A stretch of DNA of 64,000 nt. It comes from Candidatus Levybacteria bacterium RIFCSPHIGHO2_01_FULL_36_15b (GTDB lineage: Bacteria; Patescibacteriota; Microgenomatia; Levybacterales; UBA12049). Position numbers and translations under genes: made by a program. This document shows positions 46,422 to 55,732 of the stretch, in pieces. Each line of letters starts with the position of its first letter. The stretch's first letter is position 1. The notes under the pieces are model-generated. The model made no database searches and was not told where the DNA came from. It saw nothing but the letters and a program-made list of their open reading frames with translations. The stretch lies in NCBI GenBank assembly GCA_001782045.1, contig MFNK01000003.1:204719-268718 (forward strand), in the 5' to 3' direction.

Positions 46422-48388
46422 TATCTAACCTTAAGATTAAGCGTCTTATCAGAGGCTAGGCTAAATTCCTCTATTGTTTTGCCTCCTAGGCTTATTTTAT
46501 GTGGCTGCGCAGGTAAACCCGGCTGCTTTTGAATTAAAAGCGGTAGATTTGAATTTTCAGCTAGCTTAAAAGGGAGTTTATACGTTACAGTAAGCTTTGC
46601 AATTCCCTTTGGTCTTACTGTTAGAAAGCCTTCAAAAACCGTTTTTCCGAGCTCATCATAGGTTTTCATCTTGACTTCGCTTCCCTGAGAGTCAACCAAC
46701 GTACTGCCTTTAGGAACATATATTCTAACCCAATCTCGCAGTACTGCATTTAAACATAAGTTTCCTCTCTCCAAATTACAATCCGACGGGGGGAAGGGAT
46801 TTTTATAGTCGACTGTTAATGTTTTCGTAATTGCCCCGTCTCCTGCAACCTCATAATTTTCTGTTACTTCCTCAGATACGAACATATTGGATTTAGCTCC
46901 GCCTAAATTTGCCTGATTTATATGCAAATAGTCCCCGTCGAAATCTACTATTCGTCCAGCTGCATTAAAAGCTTCTAGACCGGCTTGAGCTTCCTTGTCG
47001 TACATATAAAATAGAATGTGCTTCTCTGACATTTGCGTTAGCATGGTTTGAAAAAGGGGACCCCAATAAAGCTTAGGGGATGAAGAAAAAGCCTTATTTA
47101 AAATTGCATACATTAGCTCTCCTATTAAATCTTTTCTTTCAGTTCTAATATACCCAACCGGCCTAGAAGAATAATCTTCAAGTTCATATATAACTTGCGG
47201 GCATCCTCCGCACCGAGAATCTTCTTTTGTAGTAAAAGTTCTTCCTGCAGCTTGTATATCGCCCAGGATATTCATTGCGGCAACCAATGCCTGCGTATCA
47301 ACCGCAATAATTCCATCTACTTCTGCTTTTGCACTCGATCTATCATAAAGCTTGGTAAAGGCATCCATAGAGACTTTAAAATCAGGCGAAAGGTTGACGT
47401 CTCTTAAATTTAGGTTTCTTACCTCTAGATACTTTTGAATAACTTCAGGCGCTACTTGTTTACCGGAAATCGTGTCATCCAAATTATAAATATCGCTTGA
47501 TCTGTCTACGTGAATTACGCCGCTATCTAGTCTAAAAATAGAATAGGCTGTCAAAAATCCTCCTGTTGGACGAAGCTCTTTATCGTTTTGGAAAAGAATC
47601 AAATACTTCTTTTCATCCGGTTCTCCTAAAAGATTTGGAAGAATTTTGATAAGGGGACGTGCGCTGTTAATAAGCGCTACGCTTTGATCTGACATTGATC
47701 TTAATTTTTCCAATCCGCTTCTTACTTTCTTACCCGGACCAATCACAGGATAGTGAGAGGGATTAACTTGGTCTATTTCTTTTTGAGCTAAAGAAAGTTT
47801 ATCTGCTATTTTATCAATATTTGGCGTGATTTTACCCATTGTTTTAATTGCAGTCTCAATTCTTTGTTCCGCAGTGCCTCCAACAAAACTTCCTTGACCT
47901 TTAAGTCCAAGTAAATCAGCATAGGGCTCTACGGAATCTAATAATATTGTTGCTCCTTCCAAGCCGTAAAATCCTGCACTAATTAAATGGTCGGCATCGT
48001 TATAGTACCAAGAAGCAATGGGAATAAATTTTAAATAGACCATTGAATGAAGACTTTTCTGCGTAAGGTTAAGTTTTTCTTTGGTTTTTGCAAGCTCATC
48101 TGAAGCAAGCGCTACGTTTTGCTTCTTAACTGCGTTAATTGCAGCTCCTGCTTGAGCATATGTAGCCTTAACGGAATTGTACAACGCTAAACTCTGAACC
48201 GTAACTAAAGTAAAAAACGCAATTAGAATAATAATTACAGCAAAAGCGATTTTGCCTTTTCTTCCTGAAAATATCTTTCTAAATTTATTTTGTGATATCA
48301 TTGAAGAATTTTGTACACTATTACTTATAACGCTTTGATCATCTTTTTGTTTTGGACTTTCAAAATTAATTTTTTCAATTGTTTCCAC
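46421..48388 (-). CDS. Hypothetical large extracytoplasmic protein with N-terminal TM anchor (possibly DUF4012-like)
   Basis: 655 aa. TM helix at residues 47-68, the rest predicted outside. Last gene of the glycan operon. The DUF4012 assignment is from memory of the architecture only. Confidence 0.45.
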   Translation of the reverse strand: METIEKINFESPKQKDDQSVISNSVQNSSMISQNKFRKIFSGRKGKIAFAVIIILIAFFTLVTVQSLALYNSVKATYAQAGAAINAVKKQNVALASDELAKTKEKLNLTQKSLHSMVYLKFIPIASWYYNDADHLISAGFYGLEGATILLDSVEPYADLLGLKGQGSFVGGTAEQRIETAIKTMGKITPNIDKIADKLSLAQKEIDQVNPSHYPVIGPGKKVRSGLEKLRSMSDQSVALINSARPLIKILPNLLGEPDEKKYLILFQNDKELRPTGGFLTAYSIFRLDSGVIHVDRSSDIYNLDDTISGKQVAPEVIQKYLEVRNLNLRDVNLSPDFKVSMDAFTKLYDRSSAKAEVDGIIAVDTQALVAAMNILGDIQAAGRTFTTKEDSRCGGCPQVIYELEDYSSRPVGYIRTERKDLIGELMYAILNKAFSSSPKLYWGPLFQTMLTQMSEKHILFYMYDKEAQAGLEAFNAAGRIVDFDGDYLHINQANLGGAKSNMFVSEEVTENYEVAGDGAITKTLTVDYKNPFPPSDCNLERGNLCLNAVLRDWVRIYVPKGSTLVDSQGSEVKMKTYDELGKTVFEGFLTVRPKGIAKLTVTYKLPFKLAENSNLPLLIQKQPGLPAQPHKISLGGKTIEEFSLASDKTLNLKVR

Positions 48389-48430
48389 AAATAATATGAT
48401 AGCCTGAAATGCTTAAGTGTGTCAACCCAA

Positions 48431-49084
48431 CTAATTTAGGGTTACATGAATTCTCGATTGCGTTATGTTTGCAGGAAAATTTAGTTGAGTCTTCATTTGA
48501 ACTTGGTATGTTTTTTTCCCATTATCATAAATTAGCGCGTCCGAGACGACATAAGAAGACGCACCATTTGCCGAGACTTCACTGTTCCAAACGGGATGAT
48601 TATCGGTTTTATTATAAAGCCTAATCCATATTATTTGATTCCCCGTTGGAATTTGCGTAGATACTTCAAACCTTACTTCCTTAATGTTTACATAATTACC
48701 TAAATCAAAAGATACCTGTAGGCCTTCTACATCAGCCCAGTCAGACGAGCTGTTCGTTCCGGAACCAAAGGAAATAAAGTAATCCTTAATATTGTTTTTA
48801 CTTGTTTCATAATTAGATATATTTGAACTTTCTTCGACAAAAGGAGTAGGAGAATTAGTAGGAGAGTTAATAGGAGAAGGTGAAGGATTTGAGGTTTTTT
48901 CGCTTATTATAGCTTGGGGCTTAAGTATGAATGAATAAATTACTGCAAGATTTGTAACAATTATTATTGCGCATACAGCGATAATAAAAAAGGCATTTCT
49001 TACTCTTTTCTCGTCGAGCTTTATTCTTTGTTCGTCTTTCTCAAGTTCTCTTTCAAGATTTTCTACTTCTTTTGATTCATCCAT
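48431..49084 (-). CDS. Hypothetical bitopic membrane protein: cytoplasmic coiled-coil, one TM helix, Ser/Pro linker, beta-rich outer domain
   Basis: 217 aa. EVENLERELEKDEQRIKLDEKR, TM AFFIIAVCAIIIVTNLAVIYSFIL, SPSPINSPTNSPTP linker. Confidence 0.4.
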   Translation of the reverse strand: MDESKEVENLERELEKDEQRIKLDEKRVRNAFFIIAVCAIIIVTNLAVIYSFILKPQAIISEKTSNPSPSPINSPTNSPTPFVEESSNISNYETSKNNIKDYFISFGSGTNSSSDWADVEGLQVSFDLGNYVNIKEVRFEVSTQIPTGNQIIWIRLYNKTDNHPVWNSEVSANGASSYVVSDALIYDNGKKTYQVQMKTQLNFPANITQSRIHVTLN

Positions 49085-49088
49085 TATC

Positions 49089-49745
49089 TTAGAGCGCGCC
49101 TTTACCCGAAATCATAGCCCAGGGAGTTTTTAAAATAATCCACAAGTCATAAATAATTGAGCGTTTCTTTACGTACATTGCATCCATCTCTATTCTTTTA
49201 TCAAAATTTATTTCAGACCTTCCTGAAACCTGCCAATAACCAGTAACTCCCGGTTTAACCGACAAAACTACTTTTACTGCCCCTTTAGTATGGGGATATT
49301 GTTTTTGCTGTTCTTCCAGTTCGTCAGGGTAATAAGCCCTGGGCCCAACTAGGCTCATCTCTCCTCTTAGAATATTAAAAAACTGCGGAACTTCATCTAA
49401 AGAATGTTTTCTAATAAAATGCCCTACTCTTGTTACTCTTGGATCATCTTTAAGTTTGTAACTTCCTCTTTTATATTCATAAAAAAGTTTTGAATACTCT
49501 GGGTTTTTACGAAGTAGTCTATGTGCATTTTCCACCATACTTCTGAACTTATACATTTTAAACAATTTTCCGCCTCTTCCTACTCTTTTTGGAGTATCAG
49601 CCAAAACAGGACCCTTCGAATCCAATTTTATTAAAACTGCAAGTAGAATTATTAATGGAGAAAATAATATTATGAGGATTAAAGAGAAAATAATATCTAC
49701 CATTCTTTTAATTTTTTCGTAAAACCCGTTCTTGTGCGATTCCAT
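49089..49745 (-). CDS. Polyprenyl-phosphate hexose-1-phosphate transferase (small PglC/WbaP-C-type bacterial sugar transferase); initiating enzyme
   Basis: N-terminal TM hairpin, then KGPVLADTPKRVGRGGKLFKMYKFRSM, EVPQFFNILRGEMSLVGPRA, KPGVTGYWQVSGRS: PF02397 signature. Confidence 0.85.
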   Translation of the reverse strand: MESHKNGFYEKIKRMVDIIFSLILIILFSPLIILLAVLIKLDSKGPVLADTPKRVGRGGKLFKMYKFRSMVENAHRLLRKNPEYSKLFYEYKRGSYKLKDDPRVTRVGHFIRKHSLDEVPQFFNILRGEMSLVGPRAYYPDELEEQQKQYPHTKGAVKVVLSVKPGVTGYWQVSGRSEINFDKRIEMDAMYVKKRSIIYDLWIILKTPWAMISGKGAL

Positions 49746-49748
49746 AAA

Positions 49749-50831
49749 TTAAGTTAAATCCTCGTATTCGGTCCCAGATAAGCTCTCTACGAATTTTTTT
49801 ATTTGAGGTACTGAATCCTTAGGGCAAACCAGTAAAACATCGTCTGTATTAATAATTATAACCTTAGACAAGTCTAATCCTACAACAAGCTGATCGGTAT
49901 AGTTAAATACCAGATTATCGCTGCTTCCTTCAAGCATTACCTTTCCTTTAGTTACATTTTCATGAATTGATATTTGTAAAGCTTCTTTTAATGCTTCCCA
50001 AGCGCCAACATCGCTCCATCCCAAATCGGCTGCAATTACAAATACCTTATCTGTATCTATTTTTTCCAAAATAGCACTATCAAAACTGATTGTTTCAAAC
50101 TCGGGATATGTTTTTTGCATAATTTTCTCATAACTATTGGTTTTATAAGATTTTTGAATATCCATTATTCCTTCCCAAATTTTAGGGGCAAACTTTTCAT
50201 ACTGGGATAAAACAAACTGAGGCGTAGTTACAAAATAACCAGGATTCCATGCATAATTTTGGTTTTCTAAAAATTTTTGTGCCTCCTCAAGTGATGGTCT
50301 GTATATTAATTTTTTAAACTTAAAAATTTTTGTGCCTCTTACGCTATCTATCTCATCTCCAAACTCAATCCATCCCAAATTCTGATTTGCAAATCTTGCT
50401 CTTTGCCCTATAAAAATTAACGAGCTGGGATTACTGGAAACTAATTTTTCAGCAAATAAGAGAACCTCTCTAAATCTTCTTTCTTTCTTAACAAAATGGT
50501 CGCTCCAAATAATCGCAACTGGTTCGTTCGGATTCTCTTTTCCGACAATTCCCATTGCGACTCCAACAGCGGGGCCTACGTCTCTCATTTCCGGCTCAAG
50601 AATAAAATTATCAGAAGGAATTTGAGGAAGGTGCGATCGTACTATATTTTCATACTTCTTACCTGTAGATACATAAATATCTTCGTATTTAAATTCTGGC
50701 TGCAGTCTTTCTACTGCTAGTTGAAGAGTTGATTTATCACCAACGATTTTTTCAAATTGTTTGGGAGTATTTTTTCGCGATAATGGCCAAAGTCGAGTTC
50801 CCACCCCTCCGGCAAAAATAACTACTTTCAT
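49749..50831 (-). CDS. manC: Mannose-1-phosphate guanylyltransferase-like NDP-sugar pyrophosphorylase
   Basis: VIFAGGVGTRLWPLSRKNTPKQF matches the ManC/GMP consensus (ILAGGSGTRLWPLSR..PKQF). 360 aa, no cupin/PMI domain. Confidence 0.75.
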   Translation of the reverse strand: MKVVIFAGGVGTRLWPLSRKNTPKQFEKIVGDKSTLQLAVERLQPEFKYEDIYVSTGKKYENIVRSHLPQIPSDNFILEPEMRDVGPAVGVAMGIVGKENPNEPVAIIWSDHFVKKERRFREVLLFAEKLVSSNPSSLIFIGQRARFANQNLGWIEFGDEIDSVRGTKIFKFKKLIYRPSLEEAQKFLENQNYAWNPGYFVTTPQFVLSQYEKFAPKIWEGIMDIQKSYKTNSYEKIMQKTYPEFETISFDSAILEKIDTDKVFVIAADLGWSDVGAWEALKEALQISIHENVTKGKVMLEGSSDNLVFNYTDQLVVGLDLSKVIIINTDDVLLVCPKDSVPQIKKFVESLSGTEYEDLT

Positions 50832-51895
50832 ACTTTGTTTCTTTCTATAAAATCCAACAAATTTTTCTTAAATTCTTTATGCGAAAATCTTAATGAATTT
50901 TCAATACAAGCTTCTCTATTATATCTATTAGCTTTAAAATTTTCCAACACATTCTCAAGTTCGGGTTCGCTGCCAAAAAATTCCCCGGTTTTTCCCTCTT
51001 TAACTATATCCAAAGCCCCTCCTGCTTTATAAGCAATAACGGGTTTTCCAAAGTATTGTGCCTCTACCATTGCAAGCCCAAAATCCTCAGTAGTAGGAAA
51101 AATAAAAGCACGGCAGTTTAGGTAATAACCGTAAAGCTCCTCTTCTGATAAATTTTTTATAAATTCAATATTGCTGCCCGCTTTCCGTTTTAGCTTACCT
51201 TCTTCCCACCCTGTCCCGATTATTTTCAGCGGCAACTTTAATTTATTAAAAACTGAAATTGCCATGTCAATTCTTTTGTAAGCAACAAGTCTTGATATTA
51301 TAAGAAAATAATTTTGCTCGGCTGGAAGTTTTGGCTTAACATCGGAAATAGAAAGAGGTGGGAAAATTACACTTGAGTTTTGCCCATAATAATTTTTAAT
51401 CCTTTTTTTTACTTCGTTTGATATAGCTATATAATAATCCGGTCTTTGAGAAGCAATTTTATCCCACAGCCTAAGGTAGGAAACTACTGGTTTAGAAAAA
51501 AGCTTAAACAGCCTACCTTTAAAATAAACATTGTAACCGCTCCATAAATATCTAGTTGGAGTTAAGCAATAACATATATGCAAAGTTTTAGGCTTTGTAA
51601 TTATTCCTTTTGCAGATTCACTGGTCACAGAAATAACCAAATCGTAATTTTCAAAGTTAAAACCCTCAAACGCAATTGGCATAAGGGTGGCTAAAAACTC
51701 ATGCCTTGAAGAAGCTCCGGGAATTTTTTGCAAAAAAGAGGTTTTTATATTAAATTTTTTTGCCCAAGGTGCTTTTTCTTTGTTATAAACTGAAGTAAAA
51801 AGATCTGCTTTAGGAAATATTTTATTTAGAGAAAGAAGCACTCTTTCTGCTCCTCCCCATTTATTAACTCTATCGTAAACCAATGCTACTTTCAT
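50828..51895 (-). CDS. GT4 family glycosyltransferase
   Basis: MKVALVYDRVNKWGGAERVL N-terminus. TTEDFGLAMVEAQYFGKPVIAYKAGGALDIV C-terminal motif. Confidence 0.8.
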   Translation of the reverse strand: MKVALVYDRVNKWGGAERVLLSLNKIFPKADLFTSVYNKEKAPWAKKFNIKTSFLQKIPGASSRHEFLATLMPIAFEGFNFENYDLVISVTSESAKGIITKPKTLHICYCLTPTRYLWSGYNVYFKGRLFKLFSKPVVSYLRLWDKIASQRPDYYIAISNEVKKRIKNYYGQNSSVIFPPLSISDVKPKLPAEQNYFLIISRLVAYKRIDMAISVFNKLKLPLKIIGTGWEEGKLKRKAGSNIEFIKNLSEEELYGYYLNCRAFIFPTTEDFGLAMVEAQYFGKPVIAYKAGGALDIVKEGKTGEFFGSEPELENVLENFKANRYNREACIENSLRFSHKEFKKNLLDFIERNKV

Positions 51896-53002
51896 TTATG
51901 CTGAGTTTGCTGAAGTATAAGCTTTCAGTGTTTCCTTAGCCATTTTTTCCCAAGAAAACTTTCTTACTACTAAGAATCCTTTTTCTTTTAAATCTTTACG
52001 AGTTTTTAAATCATTTAAAATTAATTTTAAAATTAACGTTAAATCCTTTGGCTTTTTAGGATCAAAGTAAATAGCAGAATCTTTACAAATTTCTCTATGT
52101 ACGGGAATGTCTGAAAGAATTAATGGAGAACCCGCAGCCATTGCCTCAACCGCGGTTAAAGAAAATCCTTCCATAAAGGAAGGCACAATTGTTGCCACTG
52201 AATTTTTGTATAAGCTATAAAGTTTTTTATCATCCGGATTTTCAATAAATACAACGTTTTTTCCAAGATTTAACTGTTCAACTTTTTCTATAACTCTTTT
52301 ATAAAAAAAATCTTTCCTGCCTACAAGAGCAAGCTTAACCTGCGGATAATCTTTAACAAATTCCCTAAAAGCGAGCAGTAAAATGTCGACATTTTTATGG
52401 GGGTAAAAATTTCCTACCCTTAAAAAATATTTTCCTTTAAAAGGGAATTCAGTATTCGCTTCGTACTCAAATCCACCTTCGTATGTAATGATAATTTTCT
52501 CTTTCTTAACCCAATGGTAGTTTTCTAAAATATTACTTTTTACTGTTTCTGATGGAACAATTATTTTTTTTGCATTTTTTAAAACGTTTGAAAGAATAAA
52601 CCTGTATCCAACTCTTTTTATCCAGTATAGAAAAATAGGCAAAGTGGATGCTTTACCCGTGTTAAATTTATTAACTATTAAATCGTGAATAGTCACTATG
52701 TATGGTTTTTTGTAAAAATATGGAACGCTAAAATACGGAAAATGCATTAAATCAAGGTTCTCTTTATTAATAATCTGCGGAAAATTAATTTGCTCTTCTA
52801 GGCTATGCCAGGGGATATCACAATTTGAAATTTTAAATTTTGAATTTGAAATTTGCAATTTAACGTCTTCATAATCCTCTGATCTAACAAACAATACATA
52901 ATTATTCTTTTTATCAAGCATTTGAAGATTAATAATCAAATTCCTAGTGTACCTACCAACTCCTGTTTGGTTCCAAAGGCGGCAGTCTATTCCAATAAGC
53001 AT
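51896..53002 (-). CDS. GT4 family glycosyltransferase
   Basis: PSFMEGFSLTAVEAMAAGSPLILSDIPVHREI motif. GT-B two-domain length (368 aa). Confidence 0.8.
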   Translation of the reverse strand: MLIGIDCRLWNQTGVGRYTRNLIINLQMLDKKNNYVLFVRSEDYEDVKLQISNSKFKISNCDIPWHSLEEQINFPQIINKENLDLMHFPYFSVPYFYKKPYIVTIHDLIVNKFNTGKASTLPIFLYWIKRVGYRFILSNVLKNAKKIIVPSETVKSNILENYHWVKKEKIIITYEGGFEYEANTEFPFKGKYFLRVGNFYPHKNVDILLLAFREFVKDYPQVKLALVGRKDFFYKRVIEKVEQLNLGKNVVFIENPDDKKLYSLYKNSVATIVPSFMEGFSLTAVEAMAAGSPLILSDIPVHREICKDSAIYFDPKKPKDLTLILKLILNDLKTRKDLKEKGFLVVRKFSWEKMAKETLKAYTSANSA

Positions 53003-53032
53003 GATGTTAATTATAGCCTAAAGTGCGCTTTG

Positions 53033-54244
53033 TTATAAAGAAGACATATAAACCTTTTCTAGCTTTACGGAAATTTTCTCCCAATCATAATTTTCTTCAA
53101 CAAAGTTTCTTGCATTATGAGTAAGCTTTCGATAAAGACTTGAATCAGTCAAAAGATTAACCACACAATTTGCTAAATCAATTGAACTTTCAGAAGCTAA
53201 AACGTGCGTACCGTTTTTTGCAGATAATCCCTCTATTCCTAAACTTGTCGTTACTACTCCGACTCCGCTTGACATAGCTTCAAGAATTTTATAACTCGTT
53301 CCCCCGCCAGCTCTTAGGGGAGCCAAAAGCAAATAGGAACGCCTGAAAATTTCAGGCGTTTCAAGTTTTTGATTTTTTTCAAATATAATATCTTTCGACT
53401 CGTATTTTTTAAGGTTATCGGGAATATTCTTTCCTACTACCCAAAGCTTTAAATCTATTTTTTTATTAAGCTCTGAAAGCTCTTTTATCACTCTTGGCCA
53501 AATTTCCTTTAAAATAAACTCCAGGGCATCTCTATTTTGCAACCATCTAAAGTCTCCTATAAAAAGAACCTTTCTTTCGTTTCCTATTTTTTCAAAATTT
53601 CTGAATGTGAATTTTTTTGTGTCTACTCCGTTTGGCACTAGTACAACATCTCTTCTTTTCATTAACCTTTTTTCTACCTCCGAAACGGCGATAAGCTTAT
53701 CTACCTTTTTCCATGCAGCTTCCTCTTTTCTTTTAATCTTAACAACATCTATATATAAAAACGGCCTTACAAAGGACAAGCTCAAGTCTGAATATTTTTT
53801 GTAAACAAGATATTCTATATTATGCTCTGCCAGAACAACCGGAAGAAAAGTTTTGGGAATATTCTGCAGCACATAGAAAGTCTCAACGTGTATTAAGTCA
53901 AAACTTGTCTTTACCAATTCATCTCTTATTAAGCTTTTCATTTCTTCGCTTTTGTGCCCTGTTAGAAGAAAAGGGTCAGATGAAAAGCCTGTTTTTAAAA
54001 TATTAGAAACACTCCATTGTTTTTTCCTCCTTACTGTTATAACTTTCGTACAGATTTTTTTTATTTCATCCACGTCTTCCTCTGTTTGATAATCCCTTTT
54101 TTCGCAAATTAAGGTTATATTATGTCTATTGGATAGATTTTTTATCAAATTATAAAGCCTGATGTGTCCACCAGACGTAAGCGGATAAGGCAAAAATGAC
54201 GAAACCATTAATATTTTCATCCCGTTAGAAAACTCTCCTTTCAA
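53033..54244 (-). CDS. GT4 family glycosyltransferase
   Basis: FLPYPLTSGGHIR N-terminal motif, GGGTSYKILEAMSSGVGVVTTSLGIEG C-terminal motif. Confidence 0.8.
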   Translation of the reverse strand: MKGEFSNGMKILMVSSFLPYPLTSGGHIRLYNLIKNLSNRHNITLICEKRDYQTEEDVDEIKKICTKVITVRRKKQWSVSNILKTGFSSDPFLLTGHKSEEMKSLIRDELVKTSFDLIHVETFYVLQNIPKTFLPVVLAEHNIEYLVYKKYSDLSLSFVRPFLYIDVVKIKRKEEAAWKKVDKLIAVSEVEKRLMKRRDVVLVPNGVDTKKFTFRNFEKIGNERKVLFIGDFRWLQNRDALEFILKEIWPRVIKELSELNKKIDLKLWVVGKNIPDNLKKYESKDIIFEKNQKLETPEIFRRSYLLLAPLRAGGGTSYKILEAMSSGVGVVTTSLGIEGLSAKNGTHVLASESSIDLANCVVNLLTDSSLYRKLTHNARNFVEENYDWEKISVKLEKVYMSSL

Positions 54245-54298
54245 ACATGTTCCATGGAGTTGTAAAATTATATTTTAATTGCATTTTTCTAACGGGAT

Positions 54299-55732
54299 TC
54301 ATTCTAGTTTAAAAATGACATACTGACTTGTCTTTTCAATTATTTGATAAGTGTTTCCAAGACCCAAATCAACAGGCGTAGGATTAGCAAGAACTAAATA
54401 ATCTGCCCCCATTTTTACCATTTCTGGTATAGATTTTTCAAAACTTGCCCAACCCTTTCTTTTTGTCTGATATAGAAAGGTTGTATCTCCATTATAAATC
54501 GCGATAATTTTTGCGTCCTTAGGAGTTAGCCTATCAACGGCTGCACCGGCCGCAATAATTGATGGATTATTAATATTGAAATAATCTTTTACCTGATTCC
54601 ATCCTAAAACAAAAAGTGAAATAAGGCTTAAAACTAAAATGGCTTTACCTACTTCAAGACTTTTATACTTGTATCTATATAAAAATATCGCGCCAAGTGC
54701 AAAGAAAATCGAGACTGTGGGCATAATAAGGATTTGGTAATAGTCGTGTTGCACATTTCCTGTTGCAAACACAGTAACATATAAAAGAGAACTTACTCCA
54801 AAAGTCGCGATAAAAAGCCTGTCTTTATATTGTTTTAAATTTAGTATTCCTGAAATTAAAATAATTACTCCAAAATATCCACTAATCAAAGCCGTTAGCC
54901 TTTCATAAAAAATCCAACGAAAAAATGAAGGCCTAAATCTTATTCCATTACCATTTAAAAGCCATCCACTCGCAGGTATCCCTGCAGGAAAATTTTGTAT
55001 CCAAAGTCTCCAAAAAAGTAAGGGCAAAAGACTTACTAATGCATAAAACCAAAGCCTCCAGTTTTTAAATACTGAGTTGCCAAATTTTTCATACGCAAGA
55101 TAAACAATGGGTAAGACAAAAAATAAAGCGTAGGGTTTTAAAAGCAGGGCAGATATCATAAACAGCAGCGAGATAACAAAATAAATTACCTGCTTAGATT
55201 TTTCTCCAAGCCAAAGCTGAAAAAAATACGTTGCACCTGTAACTGCCATAATCATCATAGAATCCGGCAAGATTGCCCGGCTATAAAAAATATTGTATGG
55301 AATAAATAGGTAGAAAAAGGCGGAAACAATCCCTAGTATATTTTGTTTGCGATATGAAAAAATTAAATACAAAAATACTGCGGAACAAAGAGAGGAAAAA
55401 ATAGAAACCAGTCTTCCCCATTCTTCTAGGGTAAATACTCCTACTAAATTATAAAGTGCAGCATGGAAAAAATTATAAAGAGGAAACTCTACAAATCGAT
55501 AACCCTCTGGATTGTCATAAATACCTGATGGTACGTTTGAAAGATCGTCAAACTTTGGATAAAGTAAATTAATTCCGTTGTTTACAAAGTTTCGTGATAC
55601 TGCAGAAGTATCAGCTTGACGCCAACTGTGCCAATCCGCAACTGGTCCGTCAAATCGATAAAGACGTGCTAAAAAACCGCAACAAAGTAAAACTGCTAAT
55701 ATAAAAATTTCAATCTTCTTTCCTAATGTCAT
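54299..55732 (-). CDS. GT-C-like polytopic membrane glycosyltransferase candidate
   Basis: 477 aa, about 11 TM helices, first loop HSWRQADTSAVSRNF (Asp-containing loop motif), no soluble domain. 4-nt overlap with the upstream gene. Confidence 0.55.
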   Translation of the reverse strand: MTLGKKIEIFILAVLLCCGFLARLYRFDGPVADWHSWRQADTSAVSRNFVNNGINLLYPKFDDLSNVPSGIYDNPEGYRFVEFPLYNFFHAALYNLVGVFTLEEWGRLVSIFSSLCSAVFLYLIFSYRKQNILGIVSAFFYLFIPYNIFYSRAILPDSMMIMAVTGATYFFQLWLGEKSKQVIYFVISLLFMISALLLKPYALFFVLPIVYLAYEKFGNSVFKNWRLWFYALVSLLPLLFWRLWIQNFPAGIPASGWLLNGNGIRFRPSFFRWIFYERLTALISGYFGVIILISGILNLKQYKDRLFIATFGVSSLLYVTVFATGNVQHDYYQILIMPTVSIFFALGAIFLYRYKYKSLEVGKAILVLSLISLFVLGWNQVKDYFNINNPSIIAAGAAVDRLTPKDAKIIAIYNGDTTFLYQTKRKGWASFEKSIPEMVKMGADYLVLANPTPVDLGLGNTYQIIEKTSQYVIFKLE

